Shown piece after piece: positions 13,305 to 25,379 of a stretch of DNA of 64,000 nucleotides (position 1 is its first letter; the number at the start of each line of letters is the position of its first letter). The notes beneath the pieces are model-generated. The model did no database searches. It worked only from the letters and a program-made list of their open reading frames with translations, and had not been told where the DNA came from. Source of the stretch: Octopus sinensis. Lineage: Eukaryota. The translations under genes and the position numbers were made by a program. The DNA lies in contig NC_043009.1 in assembly GCF_006345805.1 (NCBI RefSeq), forward strand, positions 19,034,001 through 19,098,000, written 5' to 3'.

Positions 13305-13516
13305 GGAAGGTCTTACGTAATGGATGCATTTCTTAATATATATTACGCTGATCTGAAACGTACATATAATTGGTTTCAAAATATCACTGGTTTGAATTCA
13401 TTCTTACAAATTGTAAAAATGAATTCAAACCAAACAGTGATATTTTGAAAGCAATTATGCGTACGTTTTAGGTCGGCGTAATATATAAGAAATGCATCCA
13501 TTTCGTAAGACCTTCC
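13305..13516. repeat. ~212-bp imperfect palindrome (MITE-like hairpin)
   Basis: GGAAGGTCTTACG..GGATGCATTTCTTA...GGTTTGAATTCATT / AATGAATTCAAACC...TAAGAAATGCATCC..CGTAAGACCTTCC. Confidence 0.85.
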
Positions 13517-13710
13517 TCAATTAAAACATTCCAAAATATGAAACAGCCGATGGAAATATTTCAATATATATGGTCACAGCGGTAAATTGGCTACTAAGAA
13601 TGAATATGTATGGAGAGGGGGGAGTGAGATAGGAAGAGAGAGGGAGAGAAGAGTAACAGTAACAGGAGTAAGAGCACGAAGAGGAGAGAGAGAGACGAAA
13701 GGAGGGAAGA

Positions 13711-13741
<31 letters not shown>

Positions 13742-14435
13742 GAGGTAGTGGGGAAAGAAAGAAAGGAAGATATACGAGTGGATTCTATTGAAAGGAATGA
13801 GATGGCTGTACCTGTATGTTTGCATACAAAATCAATGAAAACGAACAAAGAGTAGAGAATTAAGGTCATGAATTTGGGGCGAAGACGGGGAAGTAATAAA
13901 CCAGATATTAGGGTGTTGTTAAGAGTTTTAGTAGTGAATGGAATAGGTAGTATATAGCTTCCATCTTCAATCCAGTATTAAGACAACTGAATATGAAGAC
14001 ATGCACTGGATGGCCAAAATATCGTTCTTACCTCATCTTGCTCCCTGCACTACAGAATGCACTGCTGCAGCCGCCTTCCCATTCGTTGAACCATGGAGGC
14101 TTCTTCGCCAGACTCCGCCGAACCCAATCTTCACATGCATTGGTAAGCAAGCCCCAATTTGCCAATTAACCCATAGCTGGGGCCCTAACAGGTATTATTA
14201 CTACGGGTCAGAGTAGACTGGGAGTAGTAGTACCTACATACCTACCTGCATACATACATACTCGCACACACACACAGATATACATACATACATACATACA
14301 TACATACATACATACATACATACATACATACATACATACATACATACACACATACACACATGCACACAAGCTTGAAGACCGTATAATTGACACGAAGCGC
14401 AGCCTCTCTTGGACACAAGACCACGACATCACATC

Positions 14436-14555
14436 ACACTTTGAAGGTTATGCATTTGCAATCTAGGAACAGGAGATTGCCACAAAGTATCTTGCGAACA
14501 AGAGAGACAGTGATGCTGTTGTAATCCCAAGGTGCAACCGCATGTGTAGGCTATG
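14436..14555 (+). mobile_element. Small R4/Dong fragment
   Basis: EGYAFAI*EQEIATKYL...CNRMCRLC. Confidence 0.6.
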
Positions 14556-14869
14556 TCGGTCTTTTGCCGAACCACTAAGTTAAAGGGACGTAGCAAACCA
14601 GCATTGGTTGTCAGACGATGATGGGAGGACAAACACAAACACACAAACGTATACACACACACACACAAATACATACATATGTATATATATATACGACGGG
14701 CTTCTTTCAGTTAGGTGTCTACCAAATCCACTCACAAGGCTTTGGTCAGCCCGAGGTTATAGAAGAAGACACTTGCCCAAGGTGCCACGCAGTGAGACTG
14801 AACCCGGAACCATGTGGCTGGTAAGCAAGATTTTACCACACAGCCACTATACACAGCCATTCCTACGCC
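14556..14869 (-). mobile_element. SINE family A (5' two-thirds)
   Basis: Similarity to 12070-12530 and 56244-56662. Confidence 0.88.
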
Positions 14870-15249
14870 TACATATACACATCTACATATACATATGTGT
14901 ATGAGTATGTAAGTGTGTGTGTATGTGCTTGTGTGCGTGTGTGCGCGCGCGTATGTTCCTTATGCATTCGAGAAATTAGTTGCTGATTTTGACGTATGGA
15001 GTATCAAAAGATTCAGCAATCTTTCGCCTACCAAATAAACTTTATTTTCATTTACATATTTGCATTTCAAAAATTTAACACTATAATATTTCTATAAGTT
15101 TACTATCGTAAGCGACATTTTATGCCACCACCACCACCACCACCACCACCAGCACGACGTTACATATTCTATATGCGTGTGTATGGGTCTGTGAATGAAT
15201 CTGTGTTTGCGCGTCCGTAACAGATTATTCAAATATATGTGTCGACCTG

Positions 15250-18200
15250 TAACAGATAAGAAAAAAGAAAAACAGCAGTCAAGCCCCAAACCATGCTATG
15301 GGTGAGGAGAAATACATTTTAAAAGAAACTGTCCTTTTAAAAATCTTAAATGTTTTGGATTTGGAAAAATCGGACATAAGAATTCACATTGTTGGGTGAG
15401 CCAAAAAAGTTGGAATGAAAAAGTTCGAGAAAAAATGTATTGCCAACACAAATGCAAAGCGAGGCATAAAAAAGAAACTTTGTCTCCATAAAAATAAATA
15501 ATGCGAATACCAGACTGCTGTTGGACATAGGTAGTGATATCACAATAATTAACGATGACTCATGAAGAAAAATAGGAAAACTTACATTGAAAAAACTTCG
15601 AAAATTGCGCAAGGTATTTTAGGGAAACGATTGCGATTTTGGGGCGAAAATGATAAGTGAGGTGACATTCCGTAGAAAAATTTTGGAAGCCAAAGTTTTT
15701 GTATTAAAAAATACGACAGGCTTATTTGGCACAGACTGGATGGAACCTCCCATAAATATTTTTTGTTATAATGTAAACGGTTCTTACGCCAGGTTCTTAC
15801 GTCAGAGGTTTTAAAAAAGTAAATTAAAAAAGATTTTTCCTGTTGTTTTTTTCTGAAGAATTAGGTAGGTGCACCAAGACAAATTTCAAGTGAAAGAAAA
15901 CGCTGTACAGGTATTTAAACCGAAGCGAGCTGTACCTTTCGTAGCGTTGAATCAAGTCAACGGGGAATTGGATAGACTTGAAAAGTTTGGAGTTATAGAA
16001 AAAAACTGATTATCCAGAATGGGCATCACCAACTGCTTATGTAAAGAAAAAAAGAAAATACGAGTATGCGTTGACTTTTCAACAGGCTTGAACGAATGTT
16101 TGATGACATACAATTATCCATTACCATGTTCAGAGGAAATTTTTTGAGAAATGGAGGACAATTTTTTTCAAAGTTGGACTTTTCGGAGGCCTATTTACAG
16201 TTACATGTCGAGGAGGAATGTTCGAAATTATTAACGATAAACACCCGTAAAGGTTATATAAATTTGGGATAAAGGTATTTTTCAACAGGTGATGGACATT
16301 GTGCTTGTGGATACGGATTTCGCTATAGATTACTTGGATGACATACTTATAAAAAGTGAGTCTCAAGGCCAGCATGAGGAACATTTTAAAAAGATCTTTG
16401 AAAGAATAAATGAGTATGTATTTAAACTTAGCGAGGAAAGATGCGAACTTTCCATGCCAAAAATAAAGTATCTAGGGCAAGTTATCGATAAAAATGGTCG
16501 CAGGCCAGATCCTTCAGGATCGAAGAAATTAAAAATGTTTTAACATCAGAAGTGTCATTATCGCACTTTGATCCAAATTTAAAAACGGTAGTAGCACCAG
16601 ATGCTAGCGAAAGTGGTATAGGAGTGGTAATTTTATACAAGTATGAAAATGGTAGCCTAAAATCCATCGCTCATACTTCACGTTTATTGTTGGCGGCTGA
16701 AAAAAAAACTAGTCAAATTGAGAAGGCGGTGTTAGCCATTATTTTTGCCGTGAAAAAATTTCACAAATTCATACATGGAAGGAAATTCAGTCTGCAGCCA
16801 GATCACCGCCTCTCTTTGTCAATTTACGGATCGAAAATGGGTATCCCCACACATACAGCCAATCGATTGCAGCGCTGGGGGACGATCCTGCTAAATTATG
16901 ACTTTAAGATGGAATTTCTACCATCGAAAAAACTGGGACATGCGGATGGTCTGTCAAGATTGATACCTAAATACAATGAACTGTTAAAGGACACATTAAT
17001 AGCGGCATTAAAAGCTGAAATCGAAATAAAAAGAAATATACTCTGCAACGTAGTATGTGAACTACCTGTCACTTTAGAAGATATAAAAAATCAAAGCAGA
17101 GAAGGATATGTTCATAATAAAAATGAAAAACATAGTGAAGTCAGAAACAAATATAACAACTCATGTAGCCGAGCGTAACACAGTTTCGAAATGGTATTCG
17201 ATATGTGATGACGTACTTATGTACGCCCAGAGGTAATACATGTTTCTTTGCAAAATTGTATGCTTAAAGAATTTCACATGGGACACCCAGGAATCGCGAG
17301 AATGAAAGCACTGATGAGGAGCGACGTCTACTGGCCGAATATGGATCAGGATATTGAAAAGTTGGCGAAAGCCTGCAGGGATTGTGCCCTGACAGCAAAA
17401 GCACCACCTATAAAAATTCAGCCTTGGCCCGAGACTGACGTACCCTGGTCCAGATTACACACAGACTTCCCAGGACGGTTAAATGGAGGGTATTATCTAA
17501 TAGCTGTGGATAGTTACACGAAATGCCCAGAAATATGTAAATGTATGAAACCAACCTCTAAAGTAATAAATGGAATTTCTGGACGAATTTCTGCTCGATA
17601 TAGCCTCCCAGACACTATAGTGTTTGATAACGGAATACAGTTCACGTCGAAGGAATTTTAAAACTTTTGCAAAATGCATGCAGTGGAGCATATTACTGCT
17701 TCGCCATACCATCCGAGATCGAATGGACTAGCGGAACGTTTTGTAGATACGTTTAAAAGGGCGCTGAAAAAATCTAAAAATGAGCTACCAGCTGATATTG
17801 CATTGATGCAATTCTTAAGTGTCTACCGAATAACACCTAAGCCCAACACCAGATATGTCGTCGACTGAATTCATGTTCCCCAGGAAAGTCAGGTCAGTGT
17901 TTGACAAATTACTACCGGAAAGAAAAGAAAAAAGGAGAGAAACACTGAAAATAAGATAAAATACTTCAAAATCGGTGACAAGGTGGTTTTTTAAAATATA
18001 CAGAAATGGAAAGAAAAGTTGGGAAGAATGTATAATATGTAAACGTTTATGAAAAATAGTGTACATAGTAAAAGGTCATACGTGGGAACGCAAAAGACAT
18101 TTAAACCAACTGAAAAAAGGTCTACGGAAGAAAGAATAAAACATAATGAACCAATGGAACTTCTTTATGACAGTTTTGACATTCGAACCAACGAGTGCAT

Positions 18201-18622
18201 CGACTAGGAAAAGAAAACAAACAGAATTTATACAAGTAGCGTCAAAACGACAAAAACATTCCAATTTCTTTTCGGGGAATTAGTAAAAAAAAGGGGGAGA
18301 GGTGGTAATAAATATATGATAAATAAAAGAAAAATATTGACTTCCAAGGAAATTCAAGCTCAAAAAGGGGAGGTGTTGTGGTGAAATCCTGATACCTCTG
18401 TGGGATAGCAAGTGAACTGTCCTAAATCTTATAAAGGCGCATGCGTACTGACAGTGCGATGTACAGTGTCATGTGTGCATTTGCATTTACGAAGGCAGTC
18501 ACAGAAGTCGTTGAGAAGAGATATAAATGTGTTACGTTTGTTACTGATTTAGTTTTGGTAGTGTTATCACACTGTTACAGTGTAGTCTATATCCCTACGC
18601 ACGAATATAAGAGATATTAACA
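15250..18622 (+). mobile_element. 5'-truncated, degenerate Ty3/Gypsy LTR retrotransposon (gag knuckles, PR, RT, RNase H, IN, PPT, 3' LTR)
   Basis: Gag CYG*GEIHFKRNC..CFGFGKIGHKNSHC (~15294-15392); protease LDIGSD (15521); RT YLDDILI; RNase H APDASESGIG, QPDHR; integrase HMGHPG, WSRLHTDF, DNGIQFTS, YHPRSNGLAERFV; PR-RT-RH-IN order; many stops and frameshifts. Confidence 0.93.
18374..18622 (+). repeat. 3' LTR of the Gypsy element (249 bp)
   Basis: TGTT...AACA termini directly after the polypurine tract AAAAAGGGGAGG; no matching 5' LTR in the window. Confidence 0.7.
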
Positions 18623-18664
18623 TTCAACTCAAGACTTTAGCTACATGAAATTACATGCGATCAA

Positions 18665-19055
18665 ATGATAGTTTCTCTGAGGAATCTTATGAATAAAGTA
18701 TTTCCTAATTTATCTGTCAATTACACTGATATAAACTGGTTGTGTGAAAAAACTATACTGGTTCCAACTGATGAACTTCTTCAAAAGTTAACAGATACAT
18801 CAGAAATGACTTTCCGATCAACTGACAACAGTCGATCAAGATTAGGTTATTCAATACCCTGTTGAATTTCTGATCACACGTAAACCCACTGGAATACCAC
18901 TGCATAACTCGACACTAAAACTGGAGGCTCCTATTATGTTGCTTAGGGATTTTGACCCATCTCACCTGTGTAATGGAACTTGCTTAATTGTCCATCAGGC
19001 AACAATCATAACAGGTAGTCAGAAAGGAGAAAATGTCTTTATTCCAAAAATTTCT
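18665..19055 (+). pseudogene. Helitron PIF1-like helicase fragment
   Basis: KVFPNLSVNYTDINWLCEKTILVPT; EFL..KPTGIPLHNSTLKLEAPIMLLRDFDPSHLCNGT; ATIITGSQKGENVFIPKI. Confidence 0.8.
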
Positions 19056-19325
19056 TTACGTTTGATTTAGGGTGTAACGACCCATACATTGTCATCAACT
19101 TTCTCGTCCTTCTATCCAGTGTTGATATTTCCTTCTTAGTCCATTTGAGGATGGACGCACTATATCTGACCACAGCAACTCCCCAGATATTCATTGAAGT
19201 AATCAAAGTTTTGGCATTGAGGTTGGATTTCAACACCATCTTCACCCTTTTTTGATACGCCTCGCTGACCTTGACTTTTATTTCTCTTCGTAGAATGTCA
19301 TCCAGATCCAAAATCCCTAAATAAA
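19050..19325 (-). mobile_element. R4/Dong RT thumb fragment
   Basis: YQKRVKMVLKSNLN...AVVRYS...LDRRTRKLMTMYGSLHPKS. Confidence 0.8.
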
Positions 19326-19448
19326 CATACCAGAAGAACTATGCCTCAGAGAAATCCAAAAGATTGTGCTGACAAGTACTGCCCACATCCTTAGATAAAG
19401 CCCATCAGTTTAAATGTTTGTGTTGTATTACATGGTGATATTTCGCTA

Positions 19449-19551
19449 CTGCCCCCTCCCCAAGCTTTCAACCATACTGTAACATCGCTTACCCTTCACT
19501 CGCCCTAGGACGCTGGGTGAGTTTCGGTAAGCGATTATAACAAAGGGGCAG
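19449..19551 (+). other. Long GC-richer hairpin, pre-miRNA-like geometry
   Basis: ATCGCTTACC/GGTAAGCGAT (10 bp) plus ACTCGCCC/GGGTGAGT (8 bp, one G-U), 9-nt loop, basal CTGCCCC/GGGGCAG pairing. Confidence 0.4.
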
Positions 19552-19742
19552 CTTAAAAGTAAATAACAATAATCACTGCATCGACCAGACCAAACTATGG
19601 AATGTTGTCATACGCCGCTGGTTTCGAAAGTGCTTCCTCGCATTAGGCCGGCCAACTCTTTCTCTGAACGAGTCGCTAGTCTGTCGCACGGTTGCCCATT
19701 TACAGCTGAGCGTTCTCCCGCCCCATTTATATTCCATTCATT

Positions 19743-20340
19743 TTAATCCTTATCTTTCATCAATAATTTTAACAAATCGGTGAATACTTCATTGTTCACA
19801 ACTTCTAACCAACGTTCCACTAGTTTTCCAATGCATTGACCATAGAAATCCATGGGTCTTGATTCGGAGAATTCATCGAGCCATGTTTTCAGCTCCATTC
19901 CGTTGTTGGAGGAAAAGCCTCGCAGACTGTTGGACAGCAATCGAAAAAATATATATATAATCTGAAAATGCTATATCAGGAAAATATTATGGGTGTGGTA
20001 GAACTTACCAGTCGAGATTTTGAATAGTATTTTTAATCAAATTAACTATGCGTGATCGAGCATTGTCGTATCGAAGTTGCACGCCCTGTCGTCGATGGGG
20101 TCATTTCAGTTGAATTACTTCAGTATTCATTGAGTAAATGTGACGAATGACTAACGCAAAGTCTACAAGTATGAAAATCATAGTGCCTTCTCCGTACAAA
20201 TATCTTGGAGCTATTTTGGCAGCTTTGAAACCTTGATTGAAAGTGAAGATAAAAAGGTGTTGAAAATACTCTTTTTTGGTACTTGGCTCTCCATCGTCAT
20301 ATGTCTGAAAAAAAAGGTAAAATTTATTTAAATTAGCCAA
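19743..20340 (-). mobile_element. Internally deleted mariner remnant
   Basis: KEYFQHLFIFTFNQGFKAA (N-terminus), RYDNARSH (second Asp), WLDEF..FY..IGKLVERW (C-terminus). Confidence 0.75.
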
Positions 20341-20522
20341 TAAAAAGTTATAGAGGAAGAATAGAGTTACACAAAAAGAAACACTATCTTTTTAATCATA
20401 TATTTATCTATTTTTTGGTTGAGTAGTTCTATTATTTCGATAAAATATTTTTCGTGTTAATTCAAATAACATTGTAAAAGTGATCGAATTTATCTGACAA
20501 CCCAACATATTTTATTTTACAG

Positions 20523-20589
20523 GTTGTTATGTGGTATGCAATGAACAGTTCCGAAATACTCTCAGCAGTCGACAAGCCCATTTTTGCTA
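20523..20589 (+). CDS. Exon A2 (67 nt, phase 1 to 2): (R)CYVVCNEQFRNTLSSRQAHFC
   Basis: Acceptor tattttattttacAG, donor TA|GTAAGT; begins NN-TGT and ends TGC-NN like the other A exons. Confidence 0.8.
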
Positions 20590-21173
20590 GTAAGTAATAA
20601 CATATTCCAGCTATAAGATAGGTAATGAAGTTTCTCCACAAAGTCGACACGTACCATTGTGGGAACAAATGTGTCGATTTTTATGAATATCATCAACGAC
20701 TGTTGTTGGCTGCAAATCTTACACTGTTAGACTTGCTTGTCAGGTTTTGTTGATATGTTACATAATGAACGATATTCCTAAATATACTCACATACCATAA
20801 AGATAGGTTCCAACTCAAAATATTTCATTCGAAGACAAATGTCAACTATTGTTATTATTAGTCAGAATTCAGAAATATGTTTATGTTTATATTTTTAGAG
20901 TCTCTGACAATCGACTCATTGAAACAGAAAACAATTGTATTATTAACAATGAAAATGCGTAGACATGTCCACCTACTCATACAACTGTTTATTTCAGAAA
21001 CACAGATACACACGCACACATGTACAGAGACACACAGGGATCCCCCCACACACACACACTCACACACATATCAAACAGAAAGCAATAATGTGTTATATAC
21101 ATTTATTGAGCATCAAAATAATACATTCCTTGCGCACGTCCTCTTGTTTGTTATTCTGTTTACATGAATTGAC

Positions 21174-21257
<84 letters not shown>

Positions 21258-21444
21258 ATTATAATTTTCTTTCGAAACACATAGACAGTGTAGAAGTGCT
21301 CAAAAGAAAAAGTTGGAATCTCTACTACTCTCTTCTTTGTCCTAATGGCCATATTCTCCCATGTGTATTCCCATAAGTGTACCTATTTATGTATGTAGGT
21401 ATGTATCTATGTAAGGCCGGATATTTTATATTCCTGTGTATCTA

Positions 21445-21475
21445 CAACCTTGGCCAAAAGTATTAGGCCACCCAA
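21445..21475 (+). mobile_element. Tc1-like terminal inverted repeat fragment
   Basis: TA|CAACCTTGGCCAAAAGTATTAGGCCACC; partner TIR not found. Confidence 0.35.
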
Positions 21476-21964
21476 TGTTTTGGGGTTCTGCTATCTCAAT
21501 GTTAATGAAACTCTTGTTCGTGGTAGATTATGGTATGTTTCACAATATACATCTGAAAATCACTCCTCTGCTAAAATCCTATTTCTAACTCTCTTTCTCC
21601 ATATCACTAACTTCAACTAACTTTTTAACCACATAATAAATACCTCACGTCTCTCTCTCTTTTTTTCTAATCACGAGAAGCGTTACCGACGGGCTAAGTA
21701 ACGGAATAACAATTGGTGTTAGTAATATTGTTACCGTGGGTTAGACTCAAAAATGTTGCTACTGTAAATTACTGTTTATAATATTGTAATTGTGGCTTAT
21801 GTTACTGTGGATTTCATCAACAATGTTGTTTTCCCCCCTACAATTCACTTCCGAACTGCACCAGTTTGTAGGCAATTGTGTAATTGCAGCCAAATTCGTT
21901 TGTGTGTCGACCTAAACCTCTCGAGCCAGTAGTGCATGCTAATTTCATTAGCAAGTATTTCGTC

Positions 21965-23345
21965 TTGATGTTTGGTGATAACATGCCTCCTCAAATCTCA
22001 AGAATTTTTCCTTAGGATTCTTGCAGAATATAGAATGGCACTTTTCCGCAGATCAACAAGACCAAGTTCATTTCCAATGCCTTTTAGTCTTTTTGGTAGC
22101 ATCATTTTGCTCCAGTTATCACCATTACTTTCCTCATGCCCCATAACTTTCCTATCTCGTCCCGCAGTGGCTAGGATTTCTCAATCTTTTCTGTTTCCTC
22201 ACATTTCACCCTCGAATTGCCGGGTATTACAACATCTATTATCTTTATTTCTTTATGGATGAGCACTATATCTGGTCGTCTCGCCTTTATTCTCAGAGCG
22301 CACCCTACACTGTGGCGACTCAGTGCTTTTATCAATGTGATATTTGGAGTAGTTTGTTCTGGGAGCTTGTTCTTGAGCGTTGCACACTAATGCCTCAGTG
22401 GGCCCTTTTAAGTCTCCTTTCTGTAGCCATTGCCAGGTTCTATTCCAATCAATCTCATCTTTATTCTTCAAGAACTGACTGTGCATTTTCTTGTCCTGCC
22501 AAATCTTCTTCTTCTTCTTCTTCTTCTTCTTCTTCTTCTTCTTCTTCTTCTTCTTCTTCTTCTTCTTCTTCTTCTTCTTCTTCTTCTTCTTCTTCTTCTT
22601 CTTCTTCTTCTTCTTCTTCCTCTCTCTCTCTCTCTCACCCTCTCTCTTCCCCCGTCTTAAATTGTGTTGGATCTACAGCTTCGTTCAATTTTAAGGTTCC
22701 CTGCATTTTCACTGCTTCAATTATTTCTTTACTTCCCTTCACATACAAAGCCAGGCCATTCTTCTCTCCCCTACACAACATTCACAACACACAAATCCCC
22801 GTCCTCCTTCTTTCCTCTTTACATACAATCTCAATGGACAAGGAACTACATCCTAAGAGTGAAGTGTCAAGATTGTATGTAAAGAGGAAAGGAGGAGGAC
22901 GGGGATTAGTGTGTTGTGAAGGTTGTGTAGGGCAAAAGGAGAATGGGCTGGCTTTGTATGTGAAGGGAAGTAAAGAGATGATTGAAGCAGTGAAAATGCA
23001 TGGAACCTTAAAATTGAACGAAGCTGTAGATCCAACACAGTTTAAGAAAGAGCCATTTAGCTTCGATTGGAGCACAAGCCGAGTTCTCCTCAAACACTCT
23101 TTCCTGTACATTTCTTTCATCTTGTGTTCATTCATCTTATCACCCATGTACTTATATCCTTTCTTTCCAACTTCCACTTTCCAGTTTGATCCCATGGCTT
23201 TTACGGATTTTCCCCATTTTGAGAACCATTTCTTGATCCCAAATTCCATGCTAATATATTTGCTAATCATCTGCACAGTTGCCGTCAAACTCTCAATTTC
23301 TTTCTCCTTTGGAGCATTTGGAAAGTGGAATGTCTTCAAGCGCTC
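21965..23345 (-). mobile_element. R4/Dong element 3' half with an internal inverted duplication and a (GAA)n expansion
   Basis: YKYMG..KEMYRKECLRRTRLVL, HPKSEVSRLYVKRKGGGRGL (on +), WQWLQKGDLKGPTEALVCNAQEQ, IDVVIPG..EKIEK; (TTC)n at 22504-22619. Confidence 0.8.
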
Positions 23346-23349
23346 ACAG

Positions 23350-23930
23350 CCCTCAGCCAATCAAACAGTGTGATAAGTGGAATGTTCACTTTAGCTTTTT
23401 ATTAAGGATTAGTAGAGGAAAAGTGCGACGACGTTCTCGGGAGACCTTGGGCGTCGAAGAAGATCAGCTCTTTTCTGGAGAACTTTCGGTCCGGGACCGA
23501 TGGATGATGTCCAGGCCTGGCAGTGCTATCGGGGAGCTTTGCTTATTCGAGATAAACTTTACAGGGACGGAAGTGCCATCAGCCGAGCATGTCCAAGATG
23601 CGCACAGGACGACAAGACGGTCCTGCATGCACTCGTCCAGTGCCCGAGCATTGCTGACCTGTGGGTTTATGACGAACACCTGCTGTCGCGTGTAGGACGG
23701 ATCCGGCTGTCAACTGAATCCAGCGTGAAGATCGCCCCGCCGCCTTCCTTTAACTGGGATGGAAAGACCGATTTTATATGCCTGGTGGCCATGGCGAAAG
23801 AGCTTGTATGGTGGACGAGATTGAAGGGACTGAAGACAAACGTTTTTCTCTTTGAAAAGTAAGGGCAGAGAAGGAAGTGTTGCTTTCTAGCCAATTTTCT
23901 GAAACGTAGATGAAAGTGGCGAGAATTGGC
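23350..23930 (+). mobile_element. Tx1/L1-clade LINE, ORF2 C-terminal zinc finger region
   Basis: CPRCAQDDKTVLHALVQCP...MAKELVWWTR. Confidence 0.75.
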
Positions 23931-24153
23931 TGTAATGTATCTTCAAATTAATGTTTACAGTATATTACCGAGAATTAGTGAAGTTAATAAGCTATTTTTT
24001 GTTATTAGTATAGATTTGTTTTGGGAATACTGTTGCTCCGGTTAGTAAAGGTAGTATTATTAAAGGGTTTTAACAATTATGAGTATGTGTGTTACCATTG
24101 ACAAACTGCTTAATGAATTGTATGATCATCTGAGTGATTCTTTCTGTCCACAG

Positions 24154-24245
24154 TTATCGCGGAGAACTCGAAAAATGCATGCGTTCAAATCCATTCTGTC
24201 TCGGTGTATCCACTTACTTACTCAATGATTTTGAAGCCAAATGTC
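24154..24245 (+). CDS. Exon B2 (92 nt, phase 2 to 1): (Y)YRGELEKCMRSNPFCLGVSTYLLNDFEAKC
   Basis: Acceptor ttctttctgtccacAG, donor C|GTAAGT; first base T completes TA+T = Tyr (A or G would have made a stop). Confidence 0.8.
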
Positions 24246-24849
24246 GTAAGTAAAATTCTATCTGTATCTTTACATTTTATTTTGTATAACATTCAGGGAA
24301 CAATCTAATCATTAGATGAAGCTTTCAATTTATCCTATCATAATATTTTTACTTCGTTTCAGACAATTTCACATAGTGATAAAGGCGTGTCTGTAAATCG
24401 GCATAGAACAAAATTTGGAAAATCTTCACTCGAAAAGGAACCGGATTTTAGACTTCCCCTCGTTGATTACCTCTTTCGCTGATATACATTGGTGAAGGAT
24501 ATGTATAAATATATTATTATAACAAAGGAGATTGAAGTCCTGTTATATCCTTCATTTAGAGCTGTTTCATCAAAAATCGATATCATGAGCATTATTATAT
24601 TGTTATGTAATAATATATACAACTAATGGCATAAGAGTTGTCATAGACCCAGAATTGAAGATCGCTTCTTCGGAATCATGCACGAACGTTGCTTGCTGTG
24701 GTAACTTGAGATGTATGCGTGAATATATCTACTGTACATAAACGTATATTATTTGTGCTAAGGTTGTTTCTACAGATATTCTATAGATACAACAGCCGGC
24801 ACTGATTTTTGCTACAACGTTTCGTAACAAACAATGAGATCGGAGTCAA

Positions 24850-25110
24850 AAGTGGGTAATGAGTGTTTGAGAGGCGTATTTGTGATGGTGATGGTGGAAT
24901 AGTAGGGACTCAAGACAGGCGTGCGTGTAGATACAGCCACGTAGCCAGCCGATTGCAACTGGGGGTGCTATCTTGACAGCTGACGGTGCTGAACAGAGGT
25001 ACAGACAAAAGCCCCTACTTAAAGTGTGAAAGTGGACAAAAGCCTCATGCTTATATCTTTCGGTTATTTTTTTCGTCTTTTTTTTTTCACATTTCTTGAC
25101 GCCTTGCCTG
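24850..25110 (-). mobile_element. Possible degenerate Tx1-like 3' fragment
   Basis: HTLSRG...SAVKIAPP resembles HLLSRVG...SSVKIAPP at 23680-23740. Confidence 0.35.
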
Positions 25111-25379
25111 GTCAAAACTGCTGACATATTTCGTTTTTAGTTTCATTTTACTTGTTGCAACCATTAAACTAAGGCCATGCTGGGACATCACCTCGAAGAA
25201 TTTTTAGTCGAATGTATCGACTCCAATATTTTTTTTTATGATTTTCAACAAGCACATAGTTAAGCCTAAAAAGTCTTTCAACATTCTAGAGATAACAGCC
25301 AAATCTATTTTTATAAATTTCAAATAAACAAAAATGGAAACAGCAGTTGTAAAAAAAACACTTTCATACTTTAACTGGG

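Noticed and set aside
22255-23373. Longest ORF in the track (372 aa)
   Set aside because: Chimera of antisense R4/Dong sequence, a (TTC)n run and the inverted RT segment; not a gene
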